From an uncultured bacterium (GTDB taxonomy: Bacteria > Desulfobacterota_D > UBA1144 > Nemesobacterales > UBA2774): a stretch of 64,000 nucleotides of DNA. Every line of letters begins with the position of its first letter. Position 1 is the first letter of the stretch. The DNA is taken from positions 257,678 to 321,677 of the forward strand of contig CAVPJU010000001.1 of NCBI GenBank assembly GCA_963705505.1, given 5' to 3'. The position numbers and the translations under genes are program-made. Below are positions 1 through 9,818 of this stretch, piece after piece. The notes beneath the pieces were generated by a model. The model searched no databases, was not told where the DNA came from, and saw only the letters and a program-made list of their open reading frames with translations.

Positions 1-22
1 AGGAAAATCGGAGGACCTATAC

Positions 23-120
23 TTTATTCTCAAATAACCTTGCAACAATTTCAAAATATTGTAGATTTAAATACCGCGGGGTGTAGCTCAGATTGGCTAG
101 AGCGTTGCGTTCGGGACGCA
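23..120 (+). repeat. Left att site: tRNA-Pro promoter plus 5' half of tRNA (77-120)
   Basis: TTTATTCTCAAATAACCTTGCAAC...TTCGGGACGCA matches 10276-10374; identity stops right after the anticodon stem. Confidence 0.92.
40..67 (+). promoter_or_regulatory. sigma70-type promoter (copy of tRNA promoter) upstream of integrase
   Basis: TTGCAA (40-45), 16 bp, TAGATT (62-67); same sequence precedes the intact tRNA at 10293-10320. Confidence 0.65.
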
Positions 121-167
121 AATTGTGAATTAGAAAAACTTCATTGTTATAGTATTTTAAGAAGATT

Positions 168-207
168 TTTCAACCATATTTTCCTTCTTTCTAACCATAT
201 TCTAACC
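168..207 (+). repeat. Putative integrase arm-type sites (left)
   Basis: TTTCAACCATAT (168-179) and TTCTAACCATATTCTAACC (189-207); near-identical tandem at 10189-10207. Confidence 0.65.
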
Positions 208-256
208 CAAGACACTAGCTATATGTCCAAATACTTCAAATCTTTGGAGGCGACAT

Positions 257-1345
257 ATGGCGAGTTTACAGCGTAAGAACGGGACGTATTGGGCGGTCTT
301 TGCTGAAGGGGGTAAGCGAAAGTGGCTTAAGATCGGCGATGTTTCCAAGTCAAAGGCAAAAGCGATATTAAAAGAACTGGAAGCTGAACGGGCAAGAGAT
401 AGGCTGGACCTTCTTTATCTAAAAAAGATAAATTTTTACGAATTCGCGGAAATTTATTTGAGATACGTAAAAACGAACAAATCCGAAAGTTCCTATAAAA
501 GGGAGGCTTACACCGTTAGAAAGTTGAAAGAGTTTTATGGAGATATTCCATTAAGAAAATTCGATACTCAGCTAGTTGAAAGTTATAAAACCAAGAGAGT
601 TGAAGATGGGCTAAAAAATAAAACAATCAACCGGGAACTTGAGATATTCAGACATCTGATGACAATTGCAAAAGATTCAGGGTATCTGTCAAAAGTACCG
701 AAATTCAAAATGCTACCAGTAAAGGTGCCTCCGGTTAGATTTCTCTCAATTGACGAAGTCCATAAATTATTGGAGAACAGTACTCCCTGGTTGGAGCCTA
801 TGATAATTATTATGTTGAATTCTGGTATGCGTTTTTCCGAAGTTAAAAACCTGAAATTTGAGGATGTTGATTTTGATAAGAATATAATCTGCGTCAGATC
901 CGCCAAGAACAGCAGCAACAGATTAAGCTCTTTTACGGACTTCAGGGTAATACCCATGAATGAGGTTCTTAGGGATACATTGATATGGGCTAAGTCTTTT
1001 TATGTAGATCCTAAAACCCTGATTATTAATAAACGGGATTCTCACCGGTTGAATTATGTTTTTTGTAAGCCTGATGGCAGACCAATTGGCAGTATAAGAA
1101 CGAGCTTCACAAAAGCTTGCCGTAAGTCAGGCATTACAAATACCGATACATATATTCTCAGGCACACTTTTGCATCCCATCTGTTAATGAATGGCATTGA
1201 TTTAGTTACGATTCAGAAACTTCTCGGCCATTCCTCAATTTCAACGACTATGATTTATTCTCATATTTCTGATAAACATAGGGCAGAGAGCGTAAAAGTA
1301 CTTCCATGGAACAATTGTGTAAAAAATGTAGAGGAAAAGCTATAA
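257..1345 (+). CDS. Tyrosine recombinase/integrase with short N-terminal arm-binding-like segment
   Basis: SGMRFSE (Arg), YILRHT (HxxR with H->Y), LLGHSS, TMIYSH (catalytic Tyr). Confidence 0.95.
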   Translation: MASLQRKNGTYWAVFAEGGKRKWLKIGDVSKSKAKAILKELEAERARDRLDLLYLKKINFYEFAEIYLRYVKTNKSESSYKREAYTVRKLKEFYGDIPLRKFDTQLVESYKTKRVEDGLKNKTINRELEIFRHLMTIAKDSGYLSKVPKFKMLPVKVPPVRFLSIDEVHKLLENSTPWLEPMIIIMLNSGMRFSEVKNLKFEDVDFDKNIICVRSAKNSSNRLSSFTDFRVIPMNEVLRDTLIWAKSFYVDPKTLIINKRDSHRLNYVFCKPDGRPIGSIRTSFTKACRKSGITNTDTYILRHTFASHLLMNGIDLVTIQKLLGHSSISTTMIYSHISDKHRAESVKVLPWNNCVKNVEEKL

Positions 1346-1460
1346 AGAACAACTAGTTGGCTTAATCTTCATATTCGAAAAATCCTTCCTATCAGTCGGT
1401 AATCAGGCTAACTTTCTGGAGAAACCTCAAAGTACGGATAACAAAGTCTGAACTAAGAAT

Positions 1461-1624
1461 ATTGTCATAATTGAATGACAATTTTTGTCATTTCCGTCGT
1501 TACTCAAATAGCATTAAGTCGTGCTACTTTTCTAGTAATTTGAAGGAGTTAAATAATTGTTAACGATAATTCCGACTAGTATAGTTTATTATTGGCTTAT
1601 AAATAAGATGGCATGAATTTTGAT
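1461..1624 (+). promoter_or_regulatory. Overlapping palindromes plus possible sigma54 -24/-12 site upstream of TPR gene
   Basis: ATTGTCAT-N6-ATGACAAT (1461-1482), AATGACAA-N3-TTGTCATT (1474-1492); TGGCATG-AATT-TTGAT (1609-1624; GA instead of GC at -12). Confidence 0.4.
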
Positions 1625-1686
1625 ACTAAGTAAGAATACAATAAAATTCGTAAACTATCTGACAAATCATTCTTTGGAGTAAGTAT

Positions 1687-4600
1687 ATGTTTGAGACTCT
1701 CGATTCTGAGTTAAATGCTGTCAGTAGAAATAAAAGATTATTGCTTTCTGATCATGTGTTCTCATGCGTTGTAATACCTGGTGTTGATACATCTATAGAA
1801 TTCATTAATTTATGTAATACAATAAAACAGCATCTGTACCAAACGCGAATACAAGTTAATTTTTTGCCAGAAATAGATAAGCAAGCTGGATCATACGAGC
1901 AGCTATTCGATCAATTAGTTGATAACTGCATTTTTGTTATTGCGATGAAAGGGGACTTTGAAAAGAGTTTATCATACGAGTATGGATATTTGAGAGGCAT
2001 AAGAAAGCCAATTATTGTAATAAATACCACATATAATCCAACACCTGCCGATACAAAACATGATAGAGTCAATCATGATAATTATGAATCTACTCATAAA
2101 GAGGTCTTGAATAAATTCATCTATTACATTGACTTAGGTTCAGAATCTCAACATGATCTTCCGGATCAATTTATAAACAAATTCGATCAAATCCTCTTAG
2201 AACTAGTGGAAGGGTCTTTAATTAACTTCGATAAGATCATTAAAGGAAACCAAGAAGTACAGTTTAATGATATCAAATATCTGATAAGTCGTATTATAGA
2301 CTATTATATATTGCGGAATGGATACGGTTTACATGAGATCGATGAGATATTTAAATCGATTGATAAATTAGATGCAAATCAACATAAGAATCTCCCTTCG
2401 TTCGTACTAAACTGCTTACTTGCTCTATCAATTGATTTATTGAGAGCACAAAATGATAAGAATCAAGTTCATGATATAGCAGAAAAGTGCATATCTATGT
2501 GTCAAAAAATATTGGATAATGAAAAAGATTTAGCATTTAAAGCAGTTATAGAGAAAAAGTTGGCTGATTTGCTGTTAATTTCCCCAGACCCGGATAATGA
2601 GGTTGGGAATCTTGAAAGAGCTGTAGATCTTTATAAAAAATCTAAAGAGTATTTAACAATAGATGACTATCCTCATTATTTAGTTTCAATAAATAATAAT
2701 CTTGGTGTGGCGTTGAATGATTTATTCCAAATTGTAGGAGAATCAAAGTATCTGAATGAAGCGAATGATTATCTTTCTAACCTGGTGGCAGATCAAATCT
2801 CTTCAAATTCCAATTCTAATTATGCGTTAGTTAAATATAATCTTGGTATTACCAGGTTGGGGTTTGCTTCAGTGGTTAGTGCTCAATATGATTATTATGA
2901 TGCACTTGAATGCTTCAATAGCTTTCTAATGGATTCTTTTTACCTCGATAATAGTGAAGAATTTTTGGATATTGCAATCAACATTGGGTCTATATATTTT
3001 ACAATTGCTCAAGAGCAAAACGATCAACTATGTTGCGAGAGATCAATAGGAGTATTTCAAAAAGTTCTAGGTTTATGCTCTACTCAAATTCATGAAATGG
3101 AGTACGGAATTATTAACCGCAGTCTCGGTGATATTTATAGCTTTCTTGACACATTAAGACCAGATAATATTGAAACGAAGCTGAATATTATTGGATTTTA
3201 TGAAGAAGCTTTAAAAATATATACACTAGATAAATTCCCAGATGAATATTGTTGTATAAGGTTCAAATTAGCAGATGCACTAAGTACACTTAAGCGTCGA
3301 CACGATTTGGAAAGTGCGTCAGAAATCTTCAATCAACTTTTGAGTACTCCAATTCTTGAGTCTTACAACTACAATTATGCTCTTATTCAAAAGAAACTTG
3401 CCATCTTATACTTAAGGTTAGCCAAAATGGATATGAGTAAGAATTATCACTCTATGGCTATAGAGAGTTACGAAGGCGCATTGTCTCAATTCTCTTCAAT
3501 GAAAGACGAATACGAGATTGCAGATCTAAAAAAGTATTTGGGAGATTTGTACATTCTCGATGCGAAGAAGAAAAGTGATTTCTCTTTATATCTAAAAGCT
3601 ACAGAGGCTTATCAAGATGCACTTAGTTATTTTACAAGAGATAAGTTCCCATTGGTTTTTGCCTCACTCAAGATGAAACTCGGTGATCTAAATATAATGA
3701 TCGCAGAAAATCAGAATTCTATCGATGATTATAATGATGCTATTCGTGCTTATGAGGAATCTCTCAATATTTATAATTCTTATGAATTTCAAAAAGAATC
3801 ATGGGAAGTGCATAAAAAGATTAGCGATACATATATGACCTTGGGAGACATCAAATCAAATTCACAATATCCAGATGATGCGATCAATTATTATACTGAG
3901 GCTCTAAAATTTCTAACAAATCAAAGCTCACCGATTGAAAAGGGGAATGTTCTGAGAAAACTAGGTAATGAGCATGTTCAATTTTCTAGAATTGTATACC
4001 GTACTCAAAATTTAAAACATGCTCTCGAATATTATGAGAAAGCCCTAATGTATTACAATCCTGACGAGTATCCATCCGAATATGAAGAGATAAGAATTAA
4101 TATGGGAATGAATTTCAGGATATTAGCAGTTCTTGAAAAAGAGAGGGGCAACTTGAAAAATGCAATCTCATTTTATGAGAGAGCTGCTGAGTTTATTTCA
4201 ATTAACAACAATCCAAATAAATACGCTTCACTGATGGTCGCAATTGGATCCATATACAAGCAATTATCGCAGATTGAAAATGAAGTAGTTAATAGCAAAA
4301 AAGCTATCGAGTATTATATCAATGGATTAGTTGTTTATAATCCACAAGATCATCCTCTTGAGCATGGTTCTTTACAAAAATATCTAGGGTTAGCATATAT
4401 AGATATAGCCGAGAAAGAGAATTATCTCGAAAATATAAGAAATGCATATAAAGCATTTGAAGCATCTCAAAAAATATATTCAGTCGAAGACAATCCCGAA
4501 GATTTGTTATTTGTGGAGAGTAAATTGTCGGAACTGAGTAGAAAGATTTCAAATGGAGATAACAGCACTTCAAATCAAAATGTGCTTCAGGATGCAAGCT

Positions 4601-6408
4601 ATGATAATTTTATGACGCTTGATCCAATCAATTCTACTCTCAACAATCAAGAAATTGCTGAACAAATAATGACACTTGACCAACCGGCTGAATTTGAAGA
4701 TATAGACTCCAATAGAGAGGGCTTGAAAGAAGTAAGAGTTGAAACAGACGAATTCGGTCCATTAAATTTGGAAATAGACTTTACTAATAACGAATTAAAT
4801 GACGATTCAGAATCTATTGAACGTCTAGATCAGCTCATCAGCGAGACATCTCCAGTGGAATCGCCAAAGCTTCATGCATACCTAAATTATAAGATTGGCA
4901 ATGCCTATCATAATATTGGCAAATCTCACGGTTCCTCACAAAATTACAAAGAAGCAATAAGATATTATGCTCAAGCCTTAAAATATTATACATATGAGGA
5001 ATACCCATATGAATATGCTTGTGTAAATGGCGAACTTGCAACTACTTATAAATATCTAGGTGACTCATCTGGCGATTTAATGAACTATGAGGTTGCAATA
5101 GAATTATACAAGGAGTCATTAGGAGTAATTAAGATTGATGAGCATCCCATTGAATTCGGGAATTATAACCTAAATATGGGACTCATTTTTAGTGAATTTA
5201 GCAGAATTCTTCAACTTAAAAAGTATCATGATAATGCGATACATGCATATAATGAAGCATTAAAGGTTTTTGAATCGAGCGAAAATCCTTCTGAGTATGG
5301 ATTAATTCAGATGAAGCTAGGTTCCGTTTATAGCATGCTTGCTGATTATGAAAGTTACTCCTATAACTGTCTAAAATCTGCTGAAGCTTACAAGCAAGCA
5401 CTAACCGTATACGGATTCGAGAATTTCCCGAATGAATTTGCAGAGATTCAAAAAAAACTGGGCATCTTATATTTGGACTCTGGTTTAAATGATCTGGACA
5501 ATAATAATTTCTTGTTATCTGTAAAATCATTCGAAGAAGCACTAAAACACTATAACTTAGAAAATTACCCGGCGGATTATGGATTAATAAAAATAAAAGA
5601 AGCTAAATCTTATGAATATTTATCCAAAGCTTCCGAGGAATCATTTTATTTGAGACAAAGTATCGATGCTTATAAAGAGGCAATTAAATATTATACCCAT
5701 GAGACTTATCCAGATGTATTTGCTTCGATAGCATTAAGTTTAGGCGATGTTTATCAGAATCACGGTAAACTAGAAAACACAGACATAGATCGAAGAATTG
5801 CAATTGAATACTATAAGCAGGCTCTTATGGTTTATAATTCAATTGAGTTTCCTCTAGAGTATGCAACTACAGAATATAACATAGGAATGGCATACTTAAT
5901 GCTTGCAGATTCTGAGCAACTAAAAGATAATATCATTAAGGCGATAAATTCCTTCAAAGCATCATCAAAAGTCTATTCGAAAATAGGGCTATCTGATCAG
6001 TATGGAAGTTGTGAGAATAATCTTGGCATAGCGTATATGAAAATTGCAAATGAACGGGAAAGTAGTACTTATCTGTTGTTAGCTCAAGAATGTTTTGAGA
6101 AGGCGATTAAAGTCAGGACTTGTGAAAAACAGCCGCTCGAATTTGCCAATACGCAGTTTAATTTAGGGGCCTTATTCATGATACTCTATAAGAACGAGAA
6201 AAAAACAGAATATGCCGAAAGGTCTGTACAAGCTTATGAAAAGGCTCTGCAAATCTACATCGAGGATAAATTTCCGGTTGAATACAACTCAATACAAAAT
6301 AATCTTTCTTGGATGAATCAAACACTTGCTAAAGAAAAAGATGAAAACAAGTCTTATGATAATAGCTGGGCTTACCTACGAAAGTCTACTCCGAATAATT
6401 TAAATTAA
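1687..6408 (+). CDS. Giant tetratricopeptide-repeat protein with N-terminal nucleoside 2-deoxyribosyltransferase/TIR-like domain
   Basis: N-term SLSYEYGYLRGIRKPIIVI; many repeats of the type AIxxYxxALxxYTxExFPxEYAxxQxNLG; acidic linker near aa 955-1050. Confidence 0.8.
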   Translation: MFETLDSELNAVSRNKRLLLSDHVFSCVVIPGVDTSIEFINLCNTIKQHLYQTRIQVNFLPEIDKQAGSYEQLFDQLVDNCIFVIAMKGDFEKSLSYEYGYLRGIRKPIIVINTTYNPTPADTKHDRVNHDNYESTHKEVLNKFIYYIDLGSESQHDLPDQFINKFDQILLELVEGSLINFDKIIKGNQEVQFNDIKYLISRIIDYYILRNGYGLHEIDEIFKSIDKLDANQHKNLPSFVLNCLLALSIDLLRAQNDKNQVHDIAEKCISMCQKILDNEKDLAFKAVIEKKLADLLLISPDPDNEVGNLERAVDLYKKSKEYLTIDDYPHYLVSINNNLGVALNDLFQIVGESKYLNEANDYLSNLVADQISSNSNSNYALVKYNLGITRLGFASVVSAQYDYYDALECFNSFLMDSFYLDNSEEFLDIAINIGSIYFTIAQEQNDQLCCERSIGVFQKVLGLCSTQIHEMEYGIINRSLGDIYSFLDTLRPDNIETKLNIIGFYEEALKIYTLDKFPDEYCCIRFKLADALSTLKRRHDLESASEIFNQLLSTPILESYNYNYALIQKKLAILYLRLAKMDMSKNYHSMAIESYEGALSQFSSMKDEYEIADLKKYLGDLYILDAKKKSDFSLYLKATEAYQDALSYFTRDKFPLVFASLKMKLGDLNIMIAENQNSIDDYNDAIRAYEESLNIYNSYEFQKESWEVHKKISDTYMTLGDIKSNSQYPDDAINYYTEALKFLTNQSSPIEKGNVLRKLGNEHVQFSRIVYRTQNLKHALEYYEKALMYYNPDEYPSEYEEIRINMGMNFRILAVLEKERGNLKNAISFYERAAEFISINNNPNKYASLMVAIGSIYKQLSQIENEVVNSKKAIEYYINGLVVYNPQDHPLEHGSLQKYLGLAYIDIAEKENYLENIRNAYKAFEASQKIYSVEDNPEDLLFVESKLSELSRKISNGDNSTSNQNVLQDASYDNFMTLDPINSTLNNQEIAEQIMTLDQPAEFEDIDSNREGLKEVRVETDEFGPLNLEIDFTNNELNDDSESIERLDQLISETSPVESPKLHAYLNYKIGNAYHNIGKSHGSSQNYKEAIRYYAQALKYYTYEEYPYEYACVNGELATTYKYLGDSSGDLMNYEVAIELYKESLGVIKIDEHPIEFGNYNLNMGLIFSEFSRILQLKKYHDNAIHAYNEALKVFESSENPSEYGLIQMKLGSVYSMLADYESYSYNCLKSAEAYKQALTVYGFENFPNEFAEIQKKLGILYLDSGLNDLDNNNFLLSVKSFEEALKHYNLENYPADYGLIKIKEAKSYEYLSKASEESFYLRQSIDAYKEAIKYYTHETYPDVFASIALSLGDVYQNHGKLENTDIDRRIAIEYYKQALMVYNSIEFPLEYATTEYNIGMAYLMLADSEQLKDNIIKAINSFKASSKVYSKIGLSDQYGSCENNLGIAYMKIANERESSTYLLLAQECFEKAIKVRTCEKQPLEFANTQFNLGALFMILYKNEKKTEYAERSVQAYEKALQIYIEDKFPVEYNSIQNNLSWMNQTLAKEKDENKSYDNSWAYLRKSTPNNLN

Positions 6409-6548
6409 CTTATATAGACGTCGAGTCTCTGAATCTCGCTGATCGGTTATGTGTTTGCCGCAGTTGACTCCTATACATAAAGGAGAAGCCTCTTCAGCTT
6501 CATTGGAATTTTCAAAGGCGACACAGGTTTTCTATGTCTTCTCTATAT

Positions 6549-6610
6549 CTACATTTGCTACACCATCTACACCAAGCACTTAAAGCATGTAGAAGATGTA
6601 GGAAATGTAG
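6549..6610. repeat. Inverted array of 9-bp-period repeats (iteron/origin-like)
   Basis: CTACA at 6549, 6558, 6567; 16-bp spacer; TGTAG at 6588, 6597, 6606. Confidence 0.75.
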
Positions 6611-6694
6611 GAAAAGAGCAAGACCGTCAAAGATATGTGGGACGAATTGTTGTGAATCAGGGGGTAGGAGAATAACATTCTAGACCGACCAGCT

Positions 6695-7903
6695 TTAATT
6701 GTTGACCCCACTGATATTTGTTTTATCGTAGGGGTGTTTCAAGTAGTTGCCGGTTTTAAGGAGATTGTAGATGGCCTCTGTAGCAACCTTATGACCGTAA
6801 GCGTTCCAGTGCATTCCCTTACGGTAGTATGTTCTTCGCCAAGTTCCTTTGAAAGCAGATGCCATGTCATAACAAGTAATGTCGAGTTTCATGCAAATCG
6901 GTTTAATTTTCTCCTGATATGGTGTGGAGTCGTATAGATGTTCAATTTCAATTTTGGAAGGGATGAAAAAAATAACTAGTTTGGCTCCCTTCATTTCGAC
7001 GGCTTTATCAAGCTCTTCAAAAATTCTAGACGTTAACTTCAAGTCTTGCTGAGCTTCAGGATATGAATCGGGATCATTCTGAGTATTGAAGTCTTCGACC
7101 ACGTTTTGGTGATAATCGTAGAGTTCAGAATACTTGGTTTTTAACCGTGTATACATATCGTGTAGAAAGTATGATTTAAATAAGACCTTTTTAACGTACT
7201 CTTTCCAGTCGTTTACCGGGGTGGCGGGTCTATTGGTTTCGTTCCATGCGGGTGTTTTAGGAACAGGCACACCCGTGAGGATGATCTTGTTCCCGGCAAT
7301 TTCGAATTTTGGCTTCGGTTTCTGATAAGGATTCTTGCCGTCGTACTCATATGAATTATTTTCCTCGACATCATTTTCACAAATCATCAATACTACCAGC
7401 TTGATTTGTCCCTGATATCGCCAGTTTTCAAAAGCTAATAGTTCCTGGTCATTACCATAACCGCTCATAGAAAGATTGAATATTTCATAATCTGGCAGCT
7501 TGTCCCTAAGTAGATTAATGAACATTTCATCGAACTCAACCTCATAACCATATGTGAAAGAATCTCCGAGGAATAGAATTGCAGGTTTGCTACTTATACC
7601 TTTATGTTCTATATCTCTGAAACCGTAGGTGTTGTGCTCGACCAGGAAGCTGTTGTTTTCAGTAGTCATCCTGGCTTTACCGCCCGGTACTCCCTTCCAA
7701 CCTAGTACGGGGTCGTATTCAGACAAATTTCCGTGCAGCCTCATATTGATCTCGTATGCGCTGAAGTACGGGAATGGGCTGAATATGCGGTAACCAATCT
7801 CGATAACTAGGAACGTTAGTATTAATGAACATAGAAAAAGTATTATTTTCAGAGGTAAGAGGCGTTGATTCAGATCCGAGGATTGTCGGTTGTGATTTTT
7901 CAT
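6695..7903 (-). CDS. Membrane-anchored SGNH/GDSL hydrolase or acyltransferase
   Basis: N-terminal TM helix, LGDSFTYG, SGYG, ENDV, MHWNAYGH blocks; ATG at 7903 preferred to TTG at 7951. Confidence 0.85.
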   Translation of the reverse strand: MKNHNRQSSDLNQRLLPLKIILFLCSLILTFLVIEIGYRIFSPFPYFSAYEINMRLHGNLSEYDPVLGWKGVPGGKARMTTENNSFLVEHNTYGFRDIEHKGISSKPAILFLGDSFTYGYEVEFDEMFINLLRDKLPDYEIFNLSMSGYGNDQELLAFENWRYQGQIKLVVLMICENDVEENNSYEYDGKNPYQKPKPKFEIAGNKIILTGVPVPKTPAWNETNRPATPVNDWKEYVKKVLFKSYFLHDMYTRLKTKYSELYDYHQNVVEDFNTQNDPDSYPEAQQDLKLTSRIFEELDKAVEMKGAKLVIFFIPSKIEIEHLYDSTPYQEKIKPICMKLDITCYDMASAFKGTWRRTYYRKGMHWNAYGHKVATEAIYNLLKTGNYLKHPYDKTNISGVNN

Positions 7904-8193
7904 ACGAATTCTCGATGGGTAAAGATACTTAATAATGAAGAGCGCAACCAATTTCCAGAATATAAAAAAACAATTCTGAAGACATAACAGTTCAGCTATA
8001 AATCAGAATTTCAAGAATTATTAAAATATGCTTAATATTGTATTTGTATTTTAATTTGATTGTCCTAACTATCTATGTTCAATGCTCTTTTTATATCGAT
8101 TTTAGAGATATAAAGCCTTATTATTCAAGAATTTGATAGATTTGCATATACAAAGCACTTTTTTCTATATAATTATTCTTACTTATAAGAATT

Positions 8194-9405
8194 ATGAAGA
8201 AGCCACCTGCAGTAGTTATTAAGCTGGATTGCAGAACAGGATTACAAACTGCAAGAATATTATCCAGATATCAAATCCCCGTAATAGGAATTGTAGATGA
8301 TCCTGCGAATTTTTGCGGTAGAACCAATTCATGTAAGGAAATTTTAGTTACTAACACATCAGATGAAAGGCTTGTTGATACATTATTGAGTTTAGCTTTA
8401 AAAATACAAGACAAAGCCGTACTTTTTCCTATCAGCGATCAAAGTGTTCAGGTTGTATCAGATAACAGGGAGAGGCTCGGGGAATTTTATCATTTTGTAA
8501 TACCTGATGGTAATATTCTCACGCTTTTCATGAACAAGACAAATTTTTACAAATATGCACAAAAGAAAAGTCTCTCGATACCCAACACTTATTTCCCTAG
8601 AACGAAAGCGGAACTTGATGAAGTAGCAGACAGAATTCAATTTCCTTGTATAGTTAAGCCAGCGATAAGAACTGGAACGGATATTTGGTTCGATCATTTT
8701 AGTAACAAGGTAATTAAAATAAACAACCCGCAAGAATTATATGATGTATTCGATAGATGCTTGATCGCTTCCGAGAATATAATTGTTCAGGATTGGATAA
8801 AAGGAAATGACTCTAACTTGTTATCTAGTATTTTTTACTATGATTCAAACTATAATCCCGTAATAACTTTTACTTCACGCAAACTAAGGCAGTGGCCCAT
8901 AGAAAATGGTGATGCATCTTTGGCTATAGAATGCAGAAATGATGAAGTCTTGAATCAAACCACTGAAGTACTTAGCAGCGTTAAGTTTAAAGGACTAGGC
9001 TCGATAGAATTTAAAATGGACGATTCGAGCGGTAGATATTTTATTATAGAACCGAACATTGGAAGACCCGTCACTAGAATCGGTTTGGTAGAAAAAGCAG
9101 GAGTCGAAATTCTCTATACGATGTATTGTGATGCATTGGGCCTGGCGTTGCCTTCTAAAACAAAACAGCAATTTAAAGGCATAAAATGGATTTCAATTAA
9201 TAACGATATTCGAGCAGCTATGGCTTATTACAAAAATGGCGAGCTAACTATTTGGGAGTGGTTTAAATCGATTCAGGGTGTTAAGGCATTTGCGGATTTA
9301 TCCGTTCGGGATCCCATGCCCTTTTTAATTGAAACATTGTATCCTTTGAAAAAATTTCTCTGGCTATTAAGGCAAAAATTAGCAAGGGCCATATTTAGAA
9401 TCTAA
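8194..9405 (+). CDS. ATP-grasp carboxylate-amine ligase (D-aspartate ligase-like)
   Basis: FPCIVKPA, IVQDWIKG, RKLRQWP, IEFKMD...FIIEPNIGR, DPMPF motifs. Confidence 0.8.
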   Translation: MKKPPAVVIKLDCRTGLQTARILSRYQIPVIGIVDDPANFCGRTNSCKEILVTNTSDERLVDTLLSLALKIQDKAVLFPISDQSVQVVSDNRERLGEFYHFVIPDGNILTLFMNKTNFYKYAQKKSLSIPNTYFPRTKAELDEVADRIQFPCIVKPAIRTGTDIWFDHFSNKVIKINNPQELYDVFDRCLIASENIIVQDWIKGNDSNLLSSIFYYDSNYNPVITFTSRKLRQWPIENGDASLAIECRNDEVLNQTTEVLSSVKFKGLGSIEFKMDDSSGRYFIIEPNIGRPVTRIGLVEKAGVEILYTMYCDALGLALPSKTKQQFKGIKWISINNDIRAAMAYYKNGELTIWEWFKSIQGVKAFADLSVRDPMPFLIETLYPLKKFLWLLRQKLARAIFRI

Positions 9406-9771
9406 AATAAATATGTGTTAAGCTCGAATAAATATTCCACCCCACCAGAACCTGAGATATGAAAACTTATTATCTCTGTTATATCAATATTGCAACAATT
9501 CCTACACCATCTACACTGCATCAACGTTAGTCAGAGATTGAGTTTTCATGTTTTAACAGTTTCTCAAAAGTCTTCCCGGTCTCAATATAGGTTCGTGACA
9601 ATTGATTGATTACCCAAAATTGTAATTGCATTTTATGAACCTTCATGCTCACTTCGATGTCAACATCTAATATCGCTTGATCCCGCCTACTTAGAAGAAT
9701 GTATGTTTTGTTTACTTAAAGTCATACGAGTTGAAAACATACAAAATCATGTACTTTTCTATACTTTTTCA

Positions 9772-9818
9772 TTGACATTTGAGGTAGTAAGCGGTACCGT
9801 ATCTAACAGTGTTAGATA
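9772..9818 (+). promoter_or_regulatory. sigma70 promoter and operator-like palindrome over start of small Cys/His gene
   Basis: TTGACA (9772-9777), 17 bp, TACCGT (9795-9800); TATCTAACA-G-TGTTAGATA (9800-9818). Confidence 0.6.

Noticed and set aside
77..120. Second tRNA-Pro gene
   Set aside because: Lacks T arm and 3' acceptor strand; it is an att fragment
40..276. 78-aa ORF upstream of integrase
   Set aside because: TTG start is the -35 box and the ORF runs through the tRNA fragment and arm repeats; likely spurious
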